The position numbers were made by a program, and so were the translations under genes. A stretch of 57,678 nucleotides of DNA, the filler included, from Platydemus manokwari (lineage: Eukaryota): the NCBI GenBank assembly GCA_037951405.1. It is 5 parts of 5 records of this genome, joined end to end, with 100 filler letters (N's around TTAATTAATTAA, not from the genome) between each part and the next. Parts side by side here need not be neighbours in the genome. Positions count along the whole stretch, not along the records: positions 9,220 to 22,001 come from JBBMOY011966934.1; positions 22,102 to 31,329 come from JBBMOY011280318.1; 3 more parts are not named here. The stretch is one strand, 5' to 3'. Shown in pieces: positions 13,350-24,264 of the stretch. The notes beneath the pieces were generated by a model. It saw only the letters and a list, made by a program, of their open reading frames with translations, ran no database searches and was not told the origin of the DNA. The first letter of the stretch is position 1. Each line of letters begins with the position of its first letter.

Positions 13350-14050
13350 ATTATCAAGGGGTCCGAGCTGTATGTATTATTTCAAAGTAAGGTATTTAAA
13401 AGTACCTGTAATTGATATAAATATCTCATGGTAATCTTTCCGTGGAACTGGTGACGGATTGAAAATTTCAAATTGTCTTTGTAAAAATTTTGAGATTTAC
13501 CTTGACAACTGTAATTAATCTACTATAAACCAAGATGATAATTGAAAATTTCGAATTTCCTTTAATTAAAAATGGGCAAAACATACTGAAATCAGCTGTC
13601 GATTTTGAAGACAATATTATTAGCACGTACTTGTGTAATCAAGTTTTACCATCCATATAAAAAGGAATTTATCGAATAAATCGCACCAATGCCAAGGCAG
13701 CTGGTACAACCTTTCTAGACACGTGATTTCACAATATGAACTTGTCCACAAAAAATTCCACGTGTCGAAATTATAGAAAATTACCAACATTGTCTAATGA
13801 CACAATGACGTCAATTGATGATATAATTTGTTGTTAAATCAAATGGATAATTATTGGTTTAAGATCTTTGAGCTGCAAACATTGATATTAATTCTATTTA
13901 CAACTGATAAATCCGCTTTGATCTAATCGTAAAGATTAAACTAGTAATTTTCTACAATTAGATTTGAACTTAATGTAATCGTAAATCAACAATGGTCTTA
14001 CACATGACTCGATAAGAATATCTTATCGCTGATATCGAGTGTTTCATAGT
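13350..14050 (+). mobile_element. decayed LINE APE-endonuclease region (L2/CR1-like)
   Basis: QGVRAVCII, IYYKPR, NQVLPSI*...TTFLDT*FHN, W...NIDINSIYN and QQW/LTHDSI match GGGV, IYRPP, TLIDNIF.N, W...DVN.AYN and PW.T motifs in order. Confidence 0.5.
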
Positions 14051-14565
14051 ATAATATGCAGTCTAACATTTATTTTATAATAATTCTATTGCCGAAGTAA
14101 ACTTTTTACTTTCATTTTTTTATTTTCCTATTTTTCCGATGTAGTTCTGTTAATCGTTTAGCTTTACTTGATCCAAAATTGATCGGTATGAAATAATATT
14201 TCGAATGTTTATTTATTAGCATAATCACACTGACAGCATTATCAGCAGTCGCCTAGTCAAATTAATGATGACCTCAGAATTTTCTGATATTTGGCATGTA
14301 TTGAAAGTTTTTAATACGACATGCAGAAAATGATTCACTAATTATGAATTTTTCTGATCATTTTGTTCTGAGGGCAAATCTTTACCAATACCGGTGCGGG
14401 AGTTATCAAATTCAGATAAACTGGAATTGGAAAAATCAAGTTTATGAATTCAATTTTCAAAGAAATATGTTATTGGAATTCTACTATTATTGGTTTAAAA
14501 ATTATTAATGTTTGAAATTGAAGATTATTTTTTTTATTTTAAATTACTTTTAAAGTTGTTCATTT

Positions 14566-15258
14566 TCATTTCGATCCATTTTCTCTCTACTCAACGAACA
14601 CTCGATTATGCAGCCATCGTTAATTTAAAATTTTAATTTTTTGGATTATTATTGTGAAGAATTTTAATACTACTTTTATGTTAAATTTTATAAATAGTAG
14701 TAGATATTTTATTTATTTATATTTTTCATTTAATGTTTATAATTACATTATAGTTATTATTTTTAGTTAAAATAAATAATATTTTTATATAAAATTTATA
14801 GAAATAATATTTAAATATATTAAATGTACAAAAATCTACATTAATAAAATTCTATTTTTTATGAATTAATCAATCATGAATAATGTTGGTAACCAGAAAT
14901 CTTGATATTTTGATAGATTCTCTTGAATTTTTAATTGTTTTATTTGCAAATCTAATTTCGAATTTATACACATATATTTAAAAGAATCATTTTAATCTAG
15001 AATTGAATATTTTGAAACGAACTCGATGTAAATATATTTCAATGCTTTTCTCTATTTAGTTTTTTTTCATTACAAATATCGATCATCATAAAAATTAAAT
15101 ATTTACAAATTAAATATCTACTACTGTTAACAAATATTTAATAAAAAGTAGTATTAAAATTTTGAATTTAAAATATTGAATTGATTTCCTTCAATAAATC
15201 AATTACCCATTACTGATGCTCGATTCTGTTAGTCGAGTGAAGAGAATGATCGAAATGA
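14566..15258. mobile_element. ~690-bp foldback/MITE-like element with long degenerate inverted arms
   Basis: Left arm tcatttcgatc...aattttaatactactttt...agtagtagatattt is mirrored by the right arm aaatatctactact...aaaagtagtattaaaatt...gatcgaaatga. Similarity continues inward (about 14800-14825 versus 15025-15055). Confidence 0.65.
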
Positions 15259-16473
15259 CTGTTTTTAGAAATATTTTTCTGCTATCATGTTTCTAAATTT
15301 TATGAATATCTTCTATTGTCAATGTTTTATGACAAACATTCTTGCATGAATCGAGAAGCAGTTGTGCTTGGTGACCTCTGCACAATATCTGAAGATCTGT
15401 AAATTTTTTCGACACTTTAAAGGTCACTACTCGATGGGCAAAGGAAGTACGAATGTCGATGTGGAAGGTACATTCTGATAACTTGATCTTGTTAAAAACG
15501 GGTGTGCCTATTAGGCCAGATGTTTAATTAAGATATGCAACTCAAAATGTTCTTTGTAAGAAAAGGCATAACGCGGAAAGCTTGAGTTCCGCGGAACACT
15601 GGTGGAAAATATATACCAATAACAATGTTACTCACGAGAGAGAATTGAAATATTTTTCATCAAGATTAAATTTCGGTTGTATTCAAAAGCACTTATTTAT
15701 AATATTTTGTTCCAGGTTTAGGATTCTTTTTTATAATTTATAATTTTATTATTTATAACATATACAATCGAAATTGGTTAATATCATGTCATCAGTTCCA
15801 GGAAAAATCTTGATATTAATCAGGTCTACTAAATATCTAATAAAAATTAACAAAAATCAAAACAAAAACGAGAGAAAAATTAAACACAAACACTGATAAA
15901 TCTTAGATTCCCCTGTAACTAGCAGTGGCCTTTGAAAGATAATCATAATAAGTTAAGTTATGTCAATCAATATCTTTTTACACCGATTCAGCCAATCAAA
16001 TTTAACAGAATTTATTAAAGTAATATGGAGATATTTTAAAATTTTTTAGTGTTATTGATTCAAGATAAACTATTAGCAGTAAATAGTAAGTCGTGAATTG
16101 ATTCTCGGTTAGGTCGATATTGATCTATTATTAATATTAAACGATGTAATATTAACCGAATTTTTTTCCCTTAAGATATTTCAAGATTTATCTGAATCAT
16201 ATATTAAATTATTTATTGAAAGTCGTCTAGAAAACCAAAGTTTATTTCGTATCTGTGTTATAGAATAATAGCTCATTGAAAGTGACTTAAGATGAAAATT
16301 CATCTCATTTTATATCTCTACCACTTGATGAGAAGTTCATTCACCGAATATGTGTTAATATATATTTCTTAAGTGATATGTATTTACCGATTATGAGAGC
16401 ATTTTGCAGATTGATACACTATTATTGCACATAACTTGCACCATACTTTGATAACTCTTTAATATATTTTCAG

Positions 16474-16873
16474 TTCACGAGGAGAAGATATTAGAACTAC
16501 CAGATTGTGTTCATTCCATATTACGGCGTTCTTCTGCTTTTAATGAATCAAGAATTCATAAACATTCCAATAGATCTAGTCAGTGGCGTCGACCATCCAC
16601 AACGCCACTTTCTTTAAATGAATTCCCTCATCCTCCCACTCAGTTACTAAAGCCGAACATATCATCGAGGTATACTAGTCATCGTAAGTCACTACAAATT
16701 CCTATTCCATTTCCGTTGCTTGTCAACAAATTCATTCCACTTTTAAGTCCTGTAATCCCCCATTGTAACAAAGCATTTTATGAACAGTCCAACTCAAATA
16801 AAATCAATAATAGTCGCAGAAAACGTCGTTGGTCAGTCAGTTGTAGCTGTCTGGATACGGAAAGCTCAAATAG
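16474..16873 (+). CDS. internal coding exon resembling the N-terminal (pre-DUF1908) region of MAST Ser/Thr kinases
   Basis: tattttcag acceptor and AG|GTAAGT donor flank 132 stop-free codons with raised GC. Contains RYTSHRKSL...SP...RRKRRWSVS, similar to MAST RTSNRKSL...SP...GRRWSLAS. No kinase-domain exons found in the window. Confidence 0.55.
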
Positions 16874-17999
16874 GTAAGTGTGATTGATAATTCTTCTGTT
16901 CGTTTAATATATGTTCTTCAATATTTGAAGTGAAAAAATATTTAAAGTATGGATTATATTTATCATATATATACATAATGCAGAATGATCGATATGAAAA
17001 TATAAAAAATTGAAAAAAGCATAATTTGTGTGTTAAACATAAAATCGGAACACGTGTTCTCAATGATAATATGTTGTTAGCTCTATGAGAGATATCGGTT
17101 TCTTTGATGATACTTTTATACGTGTAAAAATAATCAATGAAAATTTTATCTGATAGCTATAGTGAAATTGATCTGCACGGGAAAATTTTTTATAAATTTA
17201 ATTTATTCCTCTATATATATATGTACATTTCGTAATTTTCGTCGATTTGTTTGTGATGGATCGCTCAAATGATTCGACTATATATATCTTCTGGGAAATT
17301 ATCGATTATTAAAATGTCTAAAATTAAATTTATCTTTACCAGAGCTTATTTATTTTTAATTTTAATTTGGAGATTTCATTAAGTGTTTCTTTCATTAATA
17401 TTAAAATACCAATTTTGAAACGATCTGATTATAAAATTTGAATTATAAAATTGATTTGTTAATAAATTATAATAAATTGATTTATAATATAATTTGATGT
17501 TTTATAATTTTGGAATATTTATTTAAATATTAATTTAAATTAAATTCCACTACACACCACTCTACCAAACTGCGATATTTTCAATGAAATATAGTCAGAT
17601 ATAAGACAAGTATCTTGAATCCATAATTATTTATTGAATAAAATCTGAAATCCAATTTGTAAGTGGTTTGAGAAGTATTCTTCATTTATTAGATTTCACT
17701 TTAGAATATTTAGTTTTTATGAAAAAATAACTTGAAAAAATGAACCAAAACGTATTGTTATTTTGAAATTATTGATGTTATTTAATTGTCTTCAATATTA
17801 ATTCTCAGTGAAGTGTATACTAATATTAGATTATTTCGTTTCTATAATAATGACATTTGTTTGTATAATTCCTATCAAATACATCTCACATCACCGGATA
17901 CCTGTAACTGGGACTGCGAAATCGATTAGAAAATTAGTCGACTCTGACTTTAATTAAATGAAATGATTCTAGATTGAATTTCTAATTTAATTAAGAGTG

Positions 18000-18708
18000 G
18001 TTTGTCTTCTCAATTTCATTTATGTCATTTCGAAACCTATATTAAATTTTTTTCAAATTTTGTTTCGATAATTTCTTAATTTGTTCAATATATATACTTC
18101 TCACGAAGTGAGTTTTTCATAGGCTACAACAAGTAATAGTCTGAAGGGGCAAGGCCTGGGGAGTTTGGTGGATGCGGTATTACCCTAAAACCGATCTCAG
18201 CAAGCTTACTTTGAGACAACGACAGCTCTTCTGCCATATTTAGAGATGTGGCATATTTGTCATATGTAAGAAACTCTTTGATTTCTACATCACCTTTAAC
18301 ATATAATCGCCCACTTCTCTCTTCATCATCAACGACAAAATTACCAACAACGAATGTTGAAGTTATTTGCTGGCAGTTTCTCGCACTCACATACCGGTGC
18401 CAAGCACGGAGTTTATCTTATCTCGATTACTGGCACATTCATTTCATCTTTCCACAAAAAATGCGTCAGCTTTTTCAAGTCGCTTCGCTTAAACTCCCTC
18501 ATATGGCACAAAATAATATTTTTTAAATGATAGCTATCTGAAACAATTATTTAATTATAAGAGAGAAATTAAACATTCCAAAAAGGGATTTAATAATGCA
18601 TTTAAACCAAACATTTCTTCATAAAACATTGAAATTTTTTAGATTTACAGACGATTGATGTTGTTTATATTTCTAATTTACATATTGTTTTTATTGGTTA
18701 AATAAATA
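18000..18708 (-). mobile_element. internally deleted mariner transposon
   Basis: ORF 18124-18390 has VDDEERSGR (the DEPRSGRP linker) fused to PHPPNSPGLAPSDYYL (the YSPDLAPSD motif). TA-bounded TIR-like end at 18694-18708. Confidence 0.8.
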
Positions 18709-21387
18709 TTATTTTCTATCGGACAATGACTTTCGTTCTATTCCCATATATATGTGTGTGTATTGCTAACAACAAAATGTCATCTAACAACCCATTTTTC
18801 TGATCAAGGTAGATTATTATTATTATTATTATTATTTTGAATTTAAATGGATAAAGAAATATATAATCAATTAAAAGAAAAATCTTCGATTTTGTTAATC
18901 CGTTTAAGATTTTCATTGGAATAACAATCCAATCATCCATATCTTCAGAATTGTTTTTCAATTCTAGAAAACGATTTTTTTTATTAAATATGTGCTTCGC
19001 CACCTTTTTGCTGTGTATAAAATAATTTCTGGTTCCACTACACTTTTTCAGAATATTTGCTTCTTCGATGGTCCTTTCTGAGTTTGCCAATGCGACTATC
19101 TGTAAATGCTTTCTTCATTCTTATCTTATTGGCCAATGTTTTTTATTTTTTAAGTATTTCGGACCTTTTTGAAAGAATTTCTCAGTAACGATTATTTTTT
19201 CGGTGATATCGCGACAGTCTTCCAAGATATAATCCTGATTTTTTAAAATTTATCCCATGGCAACTTTTCAGTGATATTTTAAATAAATAAGAGAATTGAG
19301 CACTCTTTTTTCCTTGGTTTTAAAATTATCTCCAAACCCAGAACATTTTGCTCCCCGTTACGAAGACAAATAAGAATATTTTAGAAGCTCATAGGAAAGC
19401 TAGTTAAATAAAATATCACTTTAAATTAACGAAACTGGAATATATATATATATCAATTTATTTGGAATATTATTGAGGATGCTGTGCTTTGGTAAGTAAT
19501 CTCTGAGACACGGAATTAGTCCTACGAGATTAATATTAGAATAAGAGAATTCAAAATTTTTCAAAATATTGAATTTTCATGACGTTTTTTGAAATAAATT
19601 CTAAAATTAAAGAGCAGTAATTATAAAACTGAATTCTTAGAAGCCATAACTATACTATGAAGAAATGTTTCTAACAGATTAAAATATATATTTTTTCATT
19701 TTTCATATACTGTTATTTTGTTTCTGTATTCAGCATCTTAAACACGGGTCTTGTCAATTAGAAAATTAATAATGTTTATCTTATTATAAAATAAATCGAT
19801 TTCATTGTAATTGTCATTGTTTCGAAACCATATTTCTGCATTATATTAGTTTTTCGAATTTTGGGAATAATTTTCAATTAAATTTTAAAGAAAATTCAAA
19901 ACACCTTCGAAATCTCAATAAAAATGCCATTAAAATTTAATGGAAATTTTCAAGAATTGTAAACGATTTCAGCTCACCGGATTGGTGTTTCGAAACTCAG
20001 ATATTTTCTCTTTTATGCATTATGCATTTTAGTGTAAAAATATCGTTTTATTTTTGGATCGATAATGGATGTTTGTTACCCAATTATGTTTCTATGGAAA
20101 ACTATTTCAATAAACCGTTTAAAAAAATATCAGTAGAGATTATTTATATGCAACAGATTTGGCTAAATGTTTTCTGTTTTTAATTTTTGTAAAACGTTAA
20201 AAACTTGTATCAATTCTGTGTGGTATTTTAATCTTTTGTTTTACTGAACTGATGCCAAAACCGACCAATTAGTCGTTTTGATTGATCATATATGGCAATA
20301 TTTGAACGAATACAAGCACATACCGATTTTTAATCTAATTGCACATAGTAAATATGGATATTGTTATTGCACCTCATACTCGAAATACCGTTGTTTTCGT
20401 CAAAAAGTTATTCACGTTCGAAATGAATGTCACTGAACAGAAATGATCTTTGTAAATCAAAGATGTGCATACGACGTCATGCTATATTGTCGAATTATAA
20501 TGATTTATACGAAATACTACTGATCAGATTTTTTGTGTGATCGATATCCTTAATGATTAGAATCAAATAAGGTGAATCAAAGATATGATACCAGAGAATA
20601 TTTTATTGATGATAATAAATTTGTTTTCGTATTCTCAATTCCCTGTACTTATGTTATTCGCTATTCGATAATGCTTATCTGACGATAATTATGGATGCTT
20701 TCCGATTAATTATCGATATTTTACTATATTGTGAAAATTTCCCAGCCCTTTTGCTTGCCATTCATTGGATGTTCATTGTAAAATTTAATTGTTTTCAAAA
20801 CAGATATAAATAGTTTTCTGTAACTTTCTGATTTTTGTATAATTTTATTTTTATTGAAAATCTAGTGAAAAATCGTTATTGTTATTAATTTGAGAAAGTT
20901 TTGAGATTTTTGTTATATGGGTAAATTTTCAAGTTATTTTTCGATATTATGTAAAGTTTTGACGAATTTATTATTTGAAATCACTTAATAAATATTTCTA
21001 CAATCGAATTCGATTCTTATATCTGTTTTCCTTGAATTTTTACTTATTTTTGGTTCACAAATTGTGTCACGATGGCAATTATCAAATGTGGAATTTTATC
21101 TTATTTAATTTATTGAACTTTCGATATTAGATATTGAATTAGTTCAATCCAATCACACCGCAAAATCAGATGACAAAATGTTTTATAAATTAAGAACATA
21201 TTTTTCAATCACATGGCCTATTATTTTAAACTTTGCCAAAAGGGAATAATCTGCTTATCGATATTTTAGTTATCAAAACAAAATCAGGCAATATTTCTGA
21301 ACATATTTTTATCCCATCATCGTTTTCATCTTAGAATTAACTAATTCAAAAGGAGAATAATTTTTATTGTAATTAAATCTGTATATA

Positions 21388-21784
21388 CTACTGGGATAAA
21401 ATTTGACCGGAAATTTTCAATTAAAAATGTGTGGGTTTATCGATTCGTACAGATATTTTTTTAGGTCAGTGTCGAATTTCATGTTATTATCTCTTCACTG
21501 GTTACAAAGCTACGCTCTTCATTATCAAAACGAAAAATGGTTTTTCGATTTATGCAATGTCTGATTTTGTTGAGCAAAGAAGTTGCACTAAATTTTGTTT
21601 GTCGAATGAAATTTCTGTTGTGGAAATGCTGAAGATGTTGCAGAAGGCATTTGATAACTGAGACATGCTGAAATCAAGAACATATGAGTTGCTCAAAAAT
21701 GAAGGCCATTTTAACAGTTTCCTTCGATTATTGCAGTACTGTTCATTATATATTCCTTCCGCTGGTTAAACTGTTAATGAAATA
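21388..21784 (+). mobile_element. older, internally deleted mariner (5' part)
   Basis: MSDFVEQRSCTKFCLSNEISVVEMLKMLQKAF (mariner N-terminus), then SKMKAILTVSFDYCSTVHYIFLP and, frameshifted, G*TVNE (consensus K.MLTVFFD..GVVH.EFLP.G.TVN). Confidence 0.75.
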
Positions 21785-22001
21785 CCAGGTGTGTCGGTAA
21801 TTCCTTTCCGGTTTTTTCGCTAAACAAAAAAAAACAAAACACAATCAAAACAAAATTTATTCATTCAAAGTATTGGCCATATGATTCTATACATTTTGTC
21901 CATCTCTCAGGCAATTTATGGATTCCATTCCAAAAGAACAATTTATCCTTTGAGATAAACCATTCATCGATCCATTTTTTCACTTCTTCGAAATCGGCGA
22001 A
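21785..22001 (-). mobile_element. young Mos1/mauritiana-type mariner, 3' end (cut by gap)
   Basis: TA followed by a CCAGGTGT... TIR at 21783-21792. Intact frame 21861-22001 reads FADFEEVKKWIDEWFISKDKLFFWNGIHKLPERWTKCIESYGQYFE*, close to the Mos1 C-terminus. Confidence 0.9.
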
Positions 22002-22101
22002 NNNNNNNNNNNNNNNNNNNNNNNNNNNNNNNNNNNNNNNNNNNNTTAATTAATTAANNNNNNNNNNNNNNNNNNNNNNNNNNNNNNNNNNNNNNNNNNN
22101 N
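22002..22101. other. assembly gap with artificial stop linker
   Basis: 44 N + TTAATTAATTAA + 44 N. Confidence 0.97.
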
Positions 22102-22440
22102 TAATTGATGATAATTTAGCAGTTTTAATAATTACTTAATTACGGAGTTACTCTGAATAATTTAAAATAATTGATTTCGACTCTTTTGCACCAAAAAATC
22201 ATTTGCTAGTACTAGCAGTTGTCGTTAAAAATATAATTAACAACATATAATTACGATAATTAACAAATCGTTATTTACCAAAAAAATCTTAATTCGCTAG
22301 ATGATAAAATAAACATTTAAAAAGATTAGCAAATTATATTTAGAAAGTTAAAAATTCATATTTATAACTCTAAGTTGATTAAAAGCAAATACAACAAGTT
22401 TGACAAATAAATATTTACTAAACATAACAAATAATAAACA

Positions 22441-22492
22441 TTTAATGTAGATTTATGTTTTTTCCGTATGCTATCTTTCTCACTGCTTTTAA
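22441..22492 (-). pseudogene. second small fragment of the Rpt4/PSMC6 C-terminus
   Basis: LKAVRKIAYGK then, after a frameshift, HKSTL; compare the Rpt4 end MKAVRKVAD.KKLES.LDY. Confidence 0.45.
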
Positions 22493-22904
22493 CGAGCTTT
22501 ATTTCTTGCAAACAACCTGTTATTAATATTAATTATAAATTTTTATTATATTGAATCAAAATATGATAATAATATTAAGCAATATTGTAATGATTATTAT
22601 CATTCTAAGTTGAAATGAAAAGCTTATTTTGAAATCGAAATCAAAACCTTTTTCCTAAAATCCAGTATCGCTAATTAAAGTTTTCGAAATTTCTTAAATA
22701 TGTTAAAATGATTTGATAAAACAAAAAATTTAATTATCAACAAATTACAGTTAATAAATTAGAAAATTAATTTTAAATCGACACAAATTATGTCTTCAGA
22801 CCTTTAGAAATTAATAAAAATTAACTAAAATAGCTTTAATATATAAACAAATTTATTTACATAACAAAACTATTAATCACCTTAATATATAATTTAGAAT
22901 GACG

Positions 22905-23229
22905 TTTCTTCTCTTTTCCAGTCTGCTATATTTTCACTGCTTTAATCAAGTTATCATTGATGATTTATTCTCTTTCATTTCTTATATCAAGCATTCCCGC
23001 TTCAGTACATATATTTCTCAAATCAGCTCCATTGAATTCTTTTGATAATTTGAGCACAGCATCCCAATCTATTTCACCATATTTAGGTAAATGAATATCT
23101 TCCAAGTCTCAAAAGAGCTGGATCGAGAACATCTGGTCGGTTGGTAGCCATTATCATTTTCACTTTTCATAAAACATCGAATCCGTCCATTTGATTCAAC
23201 AGTTCCATCAATCTTTTTTGAACTTCTCA
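22905..23229 (-). pseudogene. PSMC6: processed pseudogene of 26S proteasome AAA-ATPase Rpt4 (PSMC6), C-terminal third
   Basis: [42 protein letters not shown], then a deletion and frameshift, then IHLPKYGEIDWDAVLKLSKEFNGADLRNICTEAGMLDIRNERE*IINDNLIKAVK. Intronless with in-frame stops. Confidence 0.9.
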
Positions 23230-24237
23230 ATGAGAACTATTTTCATCCTCCCTTCTCATGATATAAGTCAATTGGATTACATTTCGATCATACCGTTATA
23301 ATTATACGTTAATGTTTTTCTGAAAGATTGGATCTCAGATGGTTAATTTGAGTCTACAAATGAGAATCAACAAATTTCTTTGATTGAGAAATTTATTTTA
23401 AGGCAGTTTTGTAAAATTCATATTTTTAAATTTAAACCGATAATCATTAAAATGACTAACCTCCTAGTCTCTCGTAAAACGTATCTCCAAATCATAAATC
23501 ATTTTCGGATTGAAATCATAAGTTTATTTTACAATACATCTGGAGATTTTAATGCAGATTACTTTATGGATTTGGATGTTAGTTTTAAGTATTTTATGTT
23601 ATCCAGACTCGGTTTTTCCTTTTAAATTAATTTTTGTAGAAATGGAGAAATGTCAAACATATAATCAAAGTACCAGTAATTACACGACGTTCTTTTTGAT
23701 GATTTTATTTCTTATTTCGCTAGGTTTATTAATTCACACCGTTTTTATATGGATGATGAAATAATTTATTCTCAATTAGTTTGTTGTATTTTTCTTCATC
23801 AAAAATAATAAGAAAAATTTTAATGAAACTCATCCAGGAAAAAATACTAAACGTAGGTCAATTGTATCATGAACTTTATTGATAAGATAAAATATCTTTT
23901 CATTTGAATCTAAAGATTTCATAGATATCCAAAACTATGGAATTGTCAGGGTAGTAAAATTTAAACAATCTAGAAAAAATATTTATAATATTATTGGAAG
24001 TTTATAATTAATCGGTTTATAATTAATTGTTTTGCTTGTTTCTGTTTTATTTATTATATATCATATAGGTTATATTAAGAGGCAAAATTGTTATGAATAA
24101 TTATAATTAAATTAATGAGTAGATTAGTACGTACGAACATCCCCACTGATGACATTATAAAACCACGCATTTGATAATGAAATATCTTTTTGTTGTGTAG
24201 ATTTTTTATAATCATTTCCTCCTATTTATACTGGCGG

Positions 24238-24264
24238 ATATATATATATATATATATATATATA
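24238..24264. repeat. (AT)n microsatellite
   Basis: about 13 AT units. Confidence 0.9.

Noticed and set aside
18248-18526. 92-aa + strand ORF
   Set aside because: Antisense to the mariner remnant.
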